A stretch of 50,770 nucleotides of DNA from Chitinophagia bacterium (lineage in GTDB: Bacteria; Bacteroidota; Bacteroidia; Chitinophagales; Chitinophagaceae). Made by a program: the position numbers and the translations under genes. This document shows positions 21,831 through 32,375 of the stretch, piece after piece (the stretch's first letter is position 1; every line of letters starts with the position of its first letter). The notes below the pieces were generated by a model that ran no database searches, had not been told where the DNA came from, and worked only from the letters and a program-made list of their open reading frames with translations. The DNA lies in the NCBI GenBank assembly GCA_009924165.1, contig RFSD01000001.1, positions 1 to 50,770 on the forward strand, in the 5' to 3' direction.

Positions 21831-23333
21831 TTATTGATCCATTAGACTTTTTAATTTCTTAGACAAAAAGAATAAAATAATGGATGCAATACCTGCCATA
21901 AATACAAAGAACATAAAGAATTCATGTAAGTTGGTAATTTGATATCCTGCGAAGGAAGTTGTTTTACCATTTTCAGGATACAAAGTGCTAAATACACCTG
22001 CTAATTTATTTGCAAATGCATTGGCCGTAAACCATACTGCCATTAACAAAGAAGCAAATTTAAGTGGCGCTAATTTATTGAATAAAGAAAGTCCAATTGG
22101 AGACAAACAAAGCTCACCAAAAGTGTGCATCATATACATCCCAATTAACCAAATCATGCTCACTTTTACCCCTGTGCCCACACCATTCACACCTGTAGCA
22201 ATCCATAAATAACCCAGTGCCAATAACATTAAACCCATCGCCATTTTAAATGGTGAAGAAGGCTCTCTATTTGCTTTACCTAGTTTAATCCAAATCCATG
22301 CTACCAATGGCGCAAGCGTGACAACAAATATGGAATTTAAAGATTGAAAGAAGCTTGTTGGGACCACATAAAATCCTAAATCGCGCTGTGTATTTTCAGA
22401 TGCAAAAAAAGTAAGTGATGCACCTGCTTGTTCAAATGCACTCCAAAAAAAGATCACAAAGAAAGACACTGTAAATAAAACGACCACCTTCTTTTTTTGA
22501 ATGCCATCTAATGATTTATCGGAGAAAATAATGAACGCAATTAAAAGAATACAAGCAATTAACAACCAGAATAAATAACTCACTACTTTAATATCAATAT
22601 ATACAAGTGCAATTGTTAAAAGAGAAAGTAAAAACAGCAGCCCCACCATTACTGGAATTTTTTGTAAGATTGGTGGTGCATCTTTTGGTGCATCACCAAT
22701 CGAAACGCCGTCCACATCTACTAAATATTTTTTCTGAAATATCATTTGTGTAATCACACTTAAGAGCATGGCGATACCGCCCGCTAAAAAGGCCCATTTA
22801 AAATCTCCATTATTGCCAGTGTCTCCAAAAAATCCACAAACAATTGGACCTAGTGCACCGCCAGTATTGATCCCCATGTAAAAAATTGTATAGGCTGCGT
22901 CAATTTTTGAATCCCCCTTTTGATACAATTGTCCCACCATGCTCGAGATATTTGGCTTAAAAAAACCATTCCCTGCAATCATACAACCTAATCCAGTATA
23001 AAATAAAGGCATGGCGAGTGCAGCATTATCATAAAAATGACCACAAAAAAATAGGACAAATTCACCAATGGCCATAACCAATCCGCCTGCAATAATGGAT
23101 CGCTTATTGCCCCAGTAACGATCGGCGATATAGCCACCTAGTAAGGGTGTTAAATAAATCAAACCAGTATAACTGCCATATACTTGAGAAGCATCATTCT
23201 GATTAAAAGCCATTGCTTTCACTAAAAACAAGACCAAAATGGCACGCATACCATAATAGTTAAATCGCTCCCACATTTCTGTAGCGAACAAAACATAAAG
23301 TCCTTTTGGATGGCTTTGTGAAGTTGTAGACAT
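21831..23333 (-). CDS. POT/PTR proton-dependent oligopeptide transporter
   Basis: ExxERFxYYG (EMWERFNYYG), FYMGINTG, GELCLSPIGLS; start MSTTSQSHPKG. Confidence 0.94.
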   Translation of the reverse strand: MSTTSQSHPKGLYVLFATEMWERFNYYGMRAILVLFLVKAMAFNQNDASQVYGSYTGLIYLTPLLGGYIADRYWGNKRSIIAGGLVMAIGEFVLFFCGHFYDNAALAMPLFYTGLGCMIAGNGFFKPNISSMVGQLYQKGDSKIDAAYTIFYMGINTGGALGPIVCGFFGDTGNNGDFKWAFLAGGIAMLLSVITQMIFQKKYLVDVDGVSIGDAPKDAPPILQKIPVMVGLLFLLSLLTIALVYIDIKVVSYLFWLLIACILLIAFIIFSDKSLDGIQKKKVVVLFTVSFFVIFFWSAFEQAGASLTFFASENTQRDLGFYVVPTSFFQSLNSIFVVTLAPLVAWIWIKLGKANREPSSPFKMAMGLMLLALGYLWIATGVNGVGTGVKVSMIWLIGMYMMHTFGELCLSPIGLSLFNKLAPLKFASLLMAVWFTANAFANKLAGVFSTLYPENGKTTSFAGYQITNLHEFFMFFVFMAGIASIILFFLSKKLKSLMDQ

Positions 23334-23413
23334 AATAAAACGTTTATTTAATTGGTACAAAATAATAAAATCCCTTCAATAAATTTTACTTTCGTGCTGC
23401 AATCACCTTAATT

Positions 23414-24700
23414 ATGAATATTTTACTAATTGGTTCAGGCGGAAGAGAACATGCTTTAGCTTGGAAAATAGCACAAAGTTACCATTGTGATCATTTGTAT
23501 ATTGCACCTGGTAACCCAGGTACAGCAGCTATTGGCGCTAATTTGCCCATTGCAATAGACGATTTTGAGGGATTGAAGCAGGCGGCCATTACGCACCAAA
23601 TTGATATGATCATAGTTGGTCCAGAAGAGCCACTTGTAAAAGGCATTTTTGACTTTTTTGCGAATGACCCATCCACTGAAGCAATCAATGTCATAGGACC
23701 ATCTGCAGCAGCTTCGCAATTGGAAGGTAGTAAAGCTTTTAGTAAGCATTTCATGCAAAGACACCATATCCCAACAGCCGGATATGCCGAATTTACGATT
23801 GATAACTACGAGGAAGGTAAGCAATATATTAGTGCACATAGCTTGCCCGTTGTATTAAAAGCAGATGGACTAGCTGCTGGAAAAGGTGTGATCATCGCTA
23901 CCACACATCAAGAAGCATTGGAAAGTTTTGAGTCCATGTTGCAACATAAACAATTTGGCACTGCTAGTGCTAGGGTGGTGATTGAAGAATTTTTAACAGG
24001 GATTGAAGTCAGTGTTTTTGCACTAACCGATGGGAAAAATTACCAAATTATAGGACACGCAAAAGATTACAAACGAATAGGAGAAGGCGATACTGGCCTA
24101 AATACGGGTGGAATGGGTTGTGTAAGTCCAGTGCCATTTATGGATGAGGCATTTATGAAGAAAGTGGAAGAAAAGATTGTGCGTCCTACAATCCAAGGCA
24201 TTGCCAAGGAAGGATTAATATATAAAGGGTTTGTCTTTTTTGGCTTAATGAACTGTGATGGGGAGCCATATGTTATAGAATACAATTGTCGACTTGGAGA
24301 CCCTGAAACTGAAGTAATTCTACCCCGTTTACAAACCGACCTAGTGAGTATTTTAGCAGCCACCGATAATGGTACATTAGAAGATGTAAATATTGAATAC
24401 CATGAGGGTGCATTTGCCACTGTGATGGCGGTGAGTGCTGGCTACCCTGGCGACTACCAAAAAGGATTCCCAATCAATGGTATCGAGCTTGTTACAAAGG
24501 AAGCAAAAACGACGCTGTTTCAAGCTGGAACTGGGTTTAAGGAAGATGCCATTGTCACCAATGGAGGTCGAGTTTTAACCGTTACAGCTCAAGGTAATAC
24601 CATTTCAGAAGCAGTCGATACAGCAAAAAACGCATTAGCGCTGATTCAATTCCAAGGCATGAATTTTAGAACAGATATTGGTTTCGAGTTCAAGGCATAA
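23414..24700 (+). CDS. purD: Phosphoribosylamine-glycine ligase
   Basis: GSGGREHAL, LEGSK, KADGLAAGKGV, NTGGMG, EYNCRLGDPE, GGRVL. Confidence 0.97.
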   Translation: MNILLIGSGGREHALAWKIAQSYHCDHLYIAPGNPGTAAIGANLPIAIDDFEGLKQAAITHQIDMIIVGPEEPLVKGIFDFFANDPSTEAINVIGPSAAASQLEGSKAFSKHFMQRHHIPTAGYAEFTIDNYEEGKQYISAHSLPVVLKADGLAAGKGVIIATTHQEALESFESMLQHKQFGTASARVVIEEFLTGIEVSVFALTDGKNYQIIGHAKDYKRIGEGDTGLNTGGMGCVSPVPFMDEAFMKKVEEKIVRPTIQGIAKEGLIYKGFVFFGLMNCDGEPYVIEYNCRLGDPETEVILPRLQTDLVSILAATDNGTLEDVNIEYHEGAFATVMAVSAGYPGDYQKGFPINGIELVTKEAKTTLFQAGTGFKEDAIVTNGGRVLTVTAQGNTISEAVDTAKNALALIQFQGMNFRTDIGFEFKA

Positions 24701-24817
24701 GTTTGTTGGTGATCCTTGTTGATAATTATTCTTATTCATTTTTTTAAAAAGCTTTGTAGTTCAAGGATTTTAGATGATTTTTGCATCATTCCAATGAATG
24801 TAAAATACTGAACGAAT

Positions 24818-25843
24818 ATGGGCTTATTTAACTTTTTCACCCAAGAGATTGCAATGGACTTGGGCACAGCAAATACACTGATCATCCACAATGACGAAGT
24901 GGTGGTAAATGAACCCTCCATTATTGCCTTGAATAGGAATAATATGAAGGAAGTATTAGGTGTTGGAAAAAAGGCATTGTTGATGCATGAAAAAACGCAC
25001 GAAAGTATTAAAACAGTTCGTCCATTAAAAGATGGTGTAATCGCCGACTTCAACGCTGCTGAATTAATGATTCGCGAGTTGATGAAAATGATTTATCCTA
25101 AGAAGCCTTTATTCCCGCCAAGTTGGAGAATGGTGATTTGTATTCCATCTTCAATTACAGAAGTAGAAAAAAGAGCAGTGCGTGATAGTGCGGAACAAGC
25201 AGGCGCAAAAGAAGTATACATGATTCACGAACCTATGGCAGCTGCATTAGGTATTGGTATTGATGTAGAAGAGCCAGTGGGAAATATGATTATTGATATT
25301 GGAGGTGGCACAACAGGTATTACCGTGATTGCATTAGCAGGCATAGTTTGTGATCAAAGTATTCGTGTAGCTGGTGATGAATTTACTGCAGATATTATGG
25401 AAGCATTAAGACGTTACCATAGTTTACTAATTGGTGAGCGTACTGCAGAACAAATTAAAATTCATGTGGGCGCTGCATTGAAAGATTTAGACAATCCACC
25501 AGAAGATATGCCAGTAAATGGTAGAGATTTGGTGACAGGTATTCCAAAACAAATTATGGTCTCTTACCAAGAAGTAGCAGAGGCATTGGATAAAAGTATT
25601 TTCAAAATCGAAGAAGCTATCTTGAAAGCTTTAGAGACTACACCTCCAGAACTCGCTGCAGACATCTATCGTAGAGGTTTATACATTACAGGTGGTGGAT
25701 CACTTTTAAGAGGTTTAGATAAAAGATTAAGTGCAAAAATCAAATTACCAGTTCATGTAGCCGACGATCCGTTAAAGAGTGTTGTGCGTGGAACAGGCAT
25801 TGCATTGAAAAACTACCAACGTTTTCCATTTATTATGAGATAA
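24818..25843 (+). CDS. mreB: Rod shape-determining protein MreB
   Basis: DLGTANT, RPLKDGVIADF, EPMAAA, DIGGGTT, TGGGSLL. Confidence 0.97.
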   Translation: MGLFNFFTQEIAMDLGTANTLIIHNDEVVVNEPSIIALNRNNMKEVLGVGKKALLMHEKTHESIKTVRPLKDGVIADFNAAELMIRELMKMIYPKKPLFPPSWRMVICIPSSITEVEKRAVRDSAEQAGAKEVYMIHEPMAAALGIGIDVEEPVGNMIIDIGGGTTGITVIALAGIVCDQSIRVAGDEFTADIMEALRRYHSLLIGERTAEQIKIHVGAALKDLDNPPEDMPVNGRDLVTGIPKQIMVSYQEVAEALDKSIFKIEEAILKALETTPPELAADIYRRGLYITGGGSLLRGLDKRLSAKIKLPVHVADDPLKSVVRGTGIALKNYQRFPFIMR

Positions 25844-26512
25844 TACAAAGCAACCAATGCAAAATTAGTTGCAGAAAATGTAGCACTCAGAAATGAACTT
25901 GCTCAAAACTTTGTGCCCTATGATACGAGTGTAAAATCGGGCACCTTGATTTTAAGAAAAGATAGTTTAGAAAAAATTAGAAAATTCTTTTACTACCCAG
26001 CCAAAGTGGTGGGTAATAGTTTTACACTTCAAAAAAATTATATCACGATTGAACGCGGCGCTTTAGAAGGTGTTAAAAAAGACATGGCTGCAATAAGTCC
26101 GGACGGGTCCATTGTAGGTGTGGTAGTAGAAGTAAGTGACCACTATAGTAAAATCATGAGCTTATTACATCGCAATAGTAAAGTAAGTGCGATGTTGAAA
26201 AGAGATCGAATTGCTGGTAGTATAGAATGGGATGGGAAGAGTCCTGATATTTTATTGTTAAAAAATATTTCAAAAAGTGCTTTGCCTAAAATAGGTGACA
26301 CGGTTTTGACAAGTCCATACTCTTCTAGCTTCCCAGCACAATTGATGATTGGCAGGGTGACAAGTATTATCAAGGACCCTTCCAGTAATTTCTTGACTTT
26401 AAATATTAAATCTGCCACCAACTTTTACAATTTAGAATTTGTATACCTAGTTGAAAATAAAAGAATGGAAGCTCAAGCAGATATAGAGCAAAAGGGGGGA
26501 GGCAATGAATAA
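25844..26512 (+). pseudogene. mreC: MreC lacking its start codon and N-terminal TM anchor; open frame begins right after the mreB stop
   Basis: Reads YKATNAKLVAENVALRNEL (end of coiled coil), then MreC beta-barrels (AKVVGNS, GIVGVV-like, GDTVLTS..S..FP, ATNFYNL); no ATG and no hydrophobic helix upstream; first possible start is GTG 25913. Confidence 0.8.
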
Positions 26513-27026
26513 TATCTTAAAAAATAGCATCCGATTTATACTCTTCTTATTGATACAGATTATCATTTTGAATGAGGTACCGCCTATCCACCAATTTATC
26601 ACTCCATACCTGTACTTTATTTTTATCCTTTGGCTACCATTTGGCACTAGCAGGATAGCGACAACTTTATTGGGTTTTGTACTTGGATATACTTTAGACA
26701 CGTTTACCAATACCCCTGGACTTCATGCAGCAGCTGCTACATTGATTGGTTATCTTAGACCAACAATTTTAAATCTGCTTTTGGCACAAGAACTGTCAGA
26801 AGAATTGACCAAGGAGCCAAGCATTGGAACCATGGGATGGGGACCATTTATGTTTTATATTTTTTCACTAACGTTTATCCATCACTTTTATTTAGTTTTA
26901 TTGGAGTGGTTGCAATTTGGTAACTTTAGCTATTTCATTGGAAAAGTATTTTTTACAAGCGGGATGAGTATGCTATTAATTTTATTAGTAGAACTCTTAC
27001 TGAACAGAAGAAAGCTAAAAAGATAA
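26505..27026 (+). CDS. mreD: Rod shape-determining protein MreD
   Basis: Hydrophobic 173 aa, PYLYFIFILWLP, D.F.NTPGLHAAA; operon position. Confidence 0.9.
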   Translation: MNNILKNSIRFILFLLIQIIILNEVPPIHQFITPYLYFIFILWLPFGTSRIATTLLGFVLGYTLDTFTNTPGLHAAAATLIGYLRPTILNLLLAQELSEELTKEPSIGTMGWGPFMFYIFSLTFIHHFYLVLLEWLQFGNFSYFIGKVFFTSGMSMLLILLVELLLNRRKLKR

Positions 27027-27029
27027 TAC

Positions 27030-29108
27030 ATGTCAGTATACAATCAGAATCGAGGCGGTATTATTCAAATCATCATTGGCACTATTTTTTTTCTGATTGT
27101 TGCTCAATTGGTGAGCCTACAAGTGGTTTCTAATAAATATAAATTGGCTGCAGACAACAATGCCATTTTTAGAAAAATTATTTACCCAGATCGTGGCATC
27201 ATTTACGACAGAAAAAAAAGAGCCCTCTTAGAAAATACCATTAGTTATGACTTAGTCGTGATCCCTAACGAAGCTAAAGGGGTAGACACAGCCGCATTAT
27301 GCAATATCCTTCGTATTGATAAAGCAGAATACAACAAAAGAATTGTGGAAGCGATCATTAAAAATACAAGGGTAAAAGCTGGTGTCTTTGAGCCATTTTT
27401 AACGCCTGAGATATACGCGCAATTAAATGAAAACTTATATCGATTTCCTGGTTTTTCTTTATCTGAACGTTCTATACGAAGTTATCCATATAATACAGCA
27501 GCACATGTATTGGGTTATGTAGCAGAAGTAGATGTAAATTTTTTAAAGAAACATGAATCAGAAGGCTATGAGATGGGCGATTATGCAGGCATGACTGGAT
27601 TAGAAAAAAATTATGAAACCGTATTGATGGGTCAAAGAGGTGTAAAACGTTTTTTAAGAGACAATAAAGGAAAAATACAAGGACCTTATGAAAAAGGTGA
27701 ATTTGATACCGTTGCCATTGCAGGAAAAAATTTATATACCAGTGTTGATGTACAAGTACAACAACTAGCAGAAAAATTATTGCAAAATAAAATTGGAAGC
27801 GCGGTTGCTATCAATCCTAAAACTGGAGGAGTCATTGCAATGGCTTCTAGTCCGGGCTATAATCCAAATTTATTGACAGGTAGTAAAAGAAGAAAAACGA
27901 TTGGCAGGTTGTTATTAGATACGGCTAGGCCTATCTATAATCGTGCCATTAAGGGACAATATCCCCCGGGCTCTACCTTTAAACCTTTAGGTGCATTGAT
28001 TGCATTAGACGAGGGCTTGATCACCCCTAATTTCGGCTATAATTGTTTTGGATCTTATGGTGCATGTGGTGATCCAAGAAAATGTGAACACCATAATGCA
28101 GGACATGCCGCTAATTTACAATTGGCATTGGCTTATTCTTGTAATTCTTACTTTTTACAGGTATTTAGAATGGCCATTGACAATCCAAAATATAAATCAG
28201 CTAAAGGCGGATATGTTAAATGGAAAGAATACATGAACGCTTTTGGATTTGGACGTAAACTTGGTGTAGACTTACCAAGCGAGAACAAAGCAAATATTCC
28301 AGACACTGCAAAATATAGTAAAGACTTTGGCAATCCAAAGTATTGGAATAGCTGTTACATGTTAACCCTTGGAATTGGTCAAGATAGAATGACTGCAACC
28401 CCATTGCAATTGGCCAATTCAATGGCATTCATTGCAAACGACGGCTACTATTATACACCGCATTTTGTAGATAGTATTGAATCTGAAACACAAGAAGAAG
28501 CAGCTCAATTAGCACCTTTTAGAAAAAAACAAAAAGTAACAACAATTCCAAAGGAATATTTTGATGTCATTAAAGAAGGAATGCATGATGTGACAGTTTA
28601 TGGTACTGCGGCATTTATTAAAGTCCCTGGTCATGAATATTGTGCTAAAACAGGAACGGCACAAAATCCACACGGGAAAAACCACTCTTTATTTGTTTGC
28701 TTTGCTCCAAAAGACAATCCTAAAATTGCAGTGGCAGTCATAGTAGAAAATGCAGGTTACGGATCTACTTGGGCTGGACCAATTGGTGGATTATTGATGG
28801 AACAGTATTTGAATGATACCCTTACTACAGAAAGTCAATTGAAAGCGGATAACCTTGCTCAAGTTGACTTAATGCCACAAGCCATTAAGAATTGGTATGT
28901 GCAAAATAATAAGTCTGCTTATCTCACGCCTATCGAATACAATAACGATGAATTATCAGACGTTTGGGATATGGAGATGTTAGCAGAAGGTGTGGTGAAA
29001 ACAAAAACAAAAGACACAGCCCCTCCTGCCCCATTGCCAAATACAGATAAAACGAATAAGGATAGCTTGCTTCCAAATACGGATAAAAAGAAAAAGCTCA
29101 ATCCATAA
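27030..29108 (+). CDS. mrdA: Penicillin-binding protein 2
   Basis: N-terminal TM helix, RGIIYDR, PGSTFK (SxxK), SCN (SxN), KTGTAQ. Confidence 0.95.
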   Translation: MSVYNQNRGGIIQIIIGTIFFLIVAQLVSLQVVSNKYKLAADNNAIFRKIIYPDRGIIYDRKKRALLENTISYDLVVIPNEAKGVDTAALCNILRIDKAEYNKRIVEAIIKNTRVKAGVFEPFLTPEIYAQLNENLYRFPGFSLSERSIRSYPYNTAAHVLGYVAEVDVNFLKKHESEGYEMGDYAGMTGLEKNYETVLMGQRGVKRFLRDNKGKIQGPYEKGEFDTVAIAGKNLYTSVDVQVQQLAEKLLQNKIGSAVAINPKTGGVIAMASSPGYNPNLLTGSKRRKTIGRLLLDTARPIYNRAIKGQYPPGSTFKPLGALIALDEGLITPNFGYNCFGSYGACGDPRKCEHHNAGHAANLQLALAYSCNSYFLQVFRMAIDNPKYKSAKGGYVKWKEYMNAFGFGRKLGVDLPSENKANIPDTAKYSKDFGNPKYWNSCYMLTLGIGQDRMTATPLQLANSMAFIANDGYYYTPHFVDSIESETQEEAAQLAPFRKKQKVTTIPKEYFDVIKEGMHDVTVYGTAAFIKVPGHEYCAKTGTAQNPHGKNHSLFVCFAPKDNPKIAVAVIVENAGYGSTWAGPIGGLLMEQYLNDTLTTESQLKADNLAQVDLMPQAIKNWYVQNNKSAYLTPIEYNNDELSDVWDMEMLAEGVVKTKTKDTAPPAPLPNTDKTNKDSLLPNTDKKKKLNP

Positions 29109-29111
29109 ACT

Positions 29112-30461
29112 ATGGCCTCTAATTACGATAATAATTTTTCTAAAGGCACAGACCTTGCTGTGATCGTTTTATATATGCTCATGGCCTGTATTGGTATCCT
29201 AGCTATTTTTATGGTTGAGTACAACCCTAATACCGATTGGGCAACAAGTTTCATAAGTGGCAAAACAAGCTATAGTAAACAATTCTTTTTTTTAATTTTT
29301 TGTTCCTTTGTCGCAATTTTTATTTTATTAGTAGACAGTAAAGTTTTTACTGCATTAGCAAATATCTTATTTGTTAGTGGACTCCTGTTGATGTTAGCCA
29401 CCTTTTTGATTGGAAAAGAAATCAATGGATCCAAAAGCTGGATTCCCATTGCAGGTGGATTTAATTTACAACCAGCTGAATTATGTAAAATTTTTACTGC
29501 ACTTGCTTTAGCCAAATTTATCTCGAGACCAGAAACCGATTTTACAAAACTTCAATCTCATTTAATTGCCGGGGCCATGATTGCATTACCAGCAATACTA
29601 TCCATTGGTCAACATGAATTAGGTCTTGCCTTGGTATACAGTGCATTTATATTTGCTATGTATAGAGAAGGCTTGCCACCCTTTATACTCATCATTTTAT
29701 TGTCTTTTGCAATACTTGTCATTGCAACCTTATTAATAGATCCAACGCTATTAGCCATCATTTTATCTGTGATTGCAGGACTCTTTTTAATGTATTTAGG
29801 AAAACGCTTAAAACGCAATAAACAACTCATTGTAATTATAATCGGCGTTTGGCTAGTCTGTGTTGGCACAGTTCGTTTTGCAGTACCTTATATTTTTAAT
29901 AATGTATTAGAATGCTATCAAACAACAAGAATTTATAGCATGGTTGGAAAAGAGTACGATTGTGGTTTGAATCAAAAAGCAGCAGCTAGTTTAGCTGAAA
30001 GTGGCAAAAAAAGTAGAAAGCCAGATGACTATAATGTAAAGCAAAGTAAAATTGCGATAGGCTCTGGTGGCTTTTGGGGAAGAGGCTTTTTAAAAGGCAC
30101 ACAAACCAGGGGCAAGTATGTACCTGAACAAAATACAGATTTTATTTTCACATCTATAGGAGAAGCATTTGGATTTGTAGGCACATTCACCTTTTTAGGA
30201 TTGTACTTATTTTTCTTGTTTAGATTAATCCGTATTGCGGAAAGACAAAGAAGTACTTTCTCTAGAGTTTATGCCTATAGCGTTGTAGGAATATTCTTTT
30301 TTCATATTGCAGTGAATATTAGCATGACGATTGGATTATTCCCTGTAGTGGGTATCCCATTGCCTTTGATCAGTTATGGCGGATCTTCCTTACTTACATT
30401 TACTGCCTTGGTATTTATTTTACTAAGATTAGATGCAGATAGACAAATGGTACTTCGATAA
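29112..30461 (+). CDS. rodA: Rod shape-determining protein RodA (SEDS family)
   Basis: GSKSWI, QPAELCK, QSKIAIGSGG, PEQNTDFIF, PLISYGGSS. Confidence 0.95.
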   Translation: MASNYDNNFSKGTDLAVIVLYMLMACIGILAIFMVEYNPNTDWATSFISGKTSYSKQFFFLIFCSFVAIFILLVDSKVFTALANILFVSGLLLMLATFLIGKEINGSKSWIPIAGGFNLQPAELCKIFTALALAKFISRPETDFTKLQSHLIAGAMIALPAILSIGQHELGLALVYSAFIFAMYREGLPPFILIILLSFAILVIATLLIDPTLLAIILSVIAGLFLMYLGKRLKRNKQLIVIIIGVWLVCVGTVRFAVPYIFNNVLECYQTTRIYSMVGKEYDCGLNQKAAASLAESGKKSRKPDDYNVKQSKIAIGSGGFWGRGFLKGTQTRGKYVPEQNTDFIFTSIGEAFGFVGTFTFLGLYLFFLFRLIRIAERQRSTFSRVYAYSVVGIFFFHIAVNISMTIGLFPVVGIPLPLISYGGSSLLTFTALVFILLRLDADRQMVLR

Positions 30462-30476
30462 TTGTATTTTTGCAGC

Positions 30477-31229
30477 ATGCGTATTCATCCATTATCAGAA
30501 GGCAGTTTTAGTATTGATCAATCCAAAGTATTTGTTCCATTTGATACCCAAAGAGAGCAAATACAAGATCGTCCCAAAGGAAGCATTCTTGTAGAAATTC
30601 AGCCATTCGTAGTCATTACCGAGAAGGATATCATTTTATTAGATACAGGCTTGGGCTATATGAACGCACAAGGGGTATTGCAAATCCACGAAAATTTAAT
30701 GAACATTGGTATCAACCCAAGCTCGGTGACTAAGGTTTTTATGAGTCACTTACATAAGGACCACGCAGGTGGAATGAGTTATGTAGATACGATATCTAAA
30801 GCACGTTATGTAAGTTTTCCTTACGCCACCTATTACGTACAAAAAAGAGAATTCGATTTGGCCTTGACCAATCCAACAGCCTCTTATATAAAAGAACAAT
30901 TTGATTTCTTAGCAGATTTTTCAAAAGTAGTTTGGCTAACTGATGACCAAGGTATCATTGATGATAGTATTCATTATTTGCTCACAGGTGGACATTGTCC
31001 TTACCATCAAGTGGCTTGGATTAAAGAGGATGGGGAACAATTTTTCTTTGGTGCAGATGTGGCACCTCAATTACAACAACTCAAATCAAAGTTTGTTGCC
31101 AAGTATGATATGGATGGGAAATTGGCTATGGAATGGAGACAAAAATGGTGGGAACAAGGACAAGAGGAAGGATGGCAATTTGCATTTTACCATGATATCA
31201 AACATCCATTGTATAAGTCAAGTAAGTAG
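30477..31229 (+). CDS. MBL-fold metallo-hydrolase (YtnP-like)
   Basis: LDTGLG, SHLHKDH, GGHCPYHQ, FYHD; TATTTTTG (30465-30472) supports ATG 30477. Confidence 0.85.
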   Translation: MRIHPLSEGSFSIDQSKVFVPFDTQREQIQDRPKGSILVEIQPFVVITEKDIILLDTGLGYMNAQGVLQIHENLMNIGINPSSVTKVFMSHLHKDHAGGMSYVDTISKARYVSFPYATYYVQKREFDLALTNPTASYIKEQFDFLADFSKVVWLTDDQGIIDDSIHYLLTGGHCPYHQVAWIKEDGEQFFFGADVAPQLQQLKSKFVAKYDMDGKLAMEWRQKWWEQGQEEGWQFAFYHDIKHPLYKSSK

Positions 31230-31256
31230 TTTGATCAAGTATAAAATAGAATTTAT

Positions 31257-31859
31257 CTAAACAGCTCCCAGATCCTTCCATTGCCATAAATGCAAGCAAG
31301 CATAACTGCTATAAGGTTTATACTTTCTTGAAATCTCCAACATCTTAGAATGCAATTCCTTTTTGGACTCATATTTGATTTTGTACAATCGAATCATGGC
31401 TTGTTGAATACCTAAGTCATCCACAGCAAAGACGTCTTCTTGACCCAGACTAAATAGCATCAACATTTGAACCGTCCATTTGCCTACCCCTTTAATTTGC
31501 GTTAACAAATCAATGATGGCATCTGGCTCCATAGTATACAATTGCTTATCCGTGATCTTATTTGTAATAAAAAATTTAGCTACATTTTGGATATAATGCA
31601 CTTTAGATTGACTCAATCCAATGGATCTAAGTTGGTCATTCGTACATTTCAATACCTGCTCACAGCTTGGCTCTTTGCCATCAAATAAATCTAAAAAACG
31701 ACTAAAAATAATTGCTGCCACTTTTGTACTCAATTGCTGACTAATGATACTTGCCATCAAACGAACAGGGGTATTTTTCCTTTTCTTGATGACATGTTTC
31801 GCCTGGGTTAATAAAGGGGCAAGTTTTTTATCCTTATTTAGATGTAGTTGATACTCCAT
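31257..31859 (-). CDS. alkA: DNA-3-methyladenine glycosylase II family (HhH-GPD)
   Basis: IISQQLS, GLSQSK, IKGVGKWT, DVFAVDDLG, PYSSYACLHLW. Confidence 0.88.
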   Translation of the reverse strand: MEYQLHLNKDKKLAPLLTQAKHVIKKRKNTPVRLMASIISQQLSTKVAAIIFSRFLDLFDGKEPSCEQVLKCTNDQLRSIGLSQSKVHYIQNVAKFFITNKITDKQLYTMEPDAIIDLLTQIKGVGKWTVQMLMLFSLGQEDVFAVDDLGIQQAMIRLYKIKYESKKELHSKMLEISRKYKPYSSYACLHLWQWKDLGAV

Positions 31860-31921
31860 TGATGCAAATTAAGCTGAAATACTTATTTTGAGTTAAGTTT
31901 AATCCATCAAAACCTAAAATC

Positions 31922-32368
31922 ATGCTAAAGAAAATCCTCTTTTTGTTTCTTGTATTCATTGCACAAAATGCAATTGCACAATCTAAAGACGAAAAAGCAA
32001 TTTTAAAAGACAGGCAAGAAATTTTAAATTTATTAGCTGCACAAGTAGAATCTTGGAATAAAGGGGATGTGAACCAATTCATGCAAGGCTATTGGGAAAA
32101 CGATAGTTTAATGTTTGTGGGAAAAAATGGTGTGACTTACGGTTACAATAAAACCCTAGCTAATTATAAAAAAAATTACCCAGACAAAGCCTATATGGGT
32201 ACATTAAAATTTACACTATTATCAGTTGAACCCTTAGACAAACAATATTATAGTGTTATTGGAAAATGGGAGCTCACCAGATCAGTTGGGAATGTGGGTG
32301 GACATTACACCTTGTTATTTAAAAAAATAAATGGGCAATGGAAGATCATTTTAGACCACAGTAGCTAA
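31922..32368 (+). CDS. Exported NTF2-like (DUF4440/YybH) protein
   Basis: Signal peptide, WNKGD...FMQGYW, G.YTLLFKKINGQWKIILDHSS. Confidence 0.85.
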   Translation: MLKKILFLFLVFIAQNAIAQSKDEKAILKDRQEILNLLAAQVESWNKGDVNQFMQGYWENDSLMFVGKNGVTYGYNKTLANYKKNYPDKAYMGTLKFTLLSVEPLDKQYYSVIGKWELTRSVGNVGGHYTLLFKKINGQWKIILDHSS

Positions 32369-32375
32369 GCACTTG

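Noticed and set aside
24701-24817. Short inverted repeats upstream of mreB (ATCCTTG/CAAGGAT, ATGAT/ATCAT)
   Set aside because: Too short and AT-rich to support a structured RNA.
24736-25053. 105-aa minus-strand ORF over the mreB start
   Set aside because: Antisense shadow of mreB.
29030-29090. LPNTD repeats resembling a sortase LPxTG signal
   Set aside because: No Gly and no following TM helix; the organism is a diderm.
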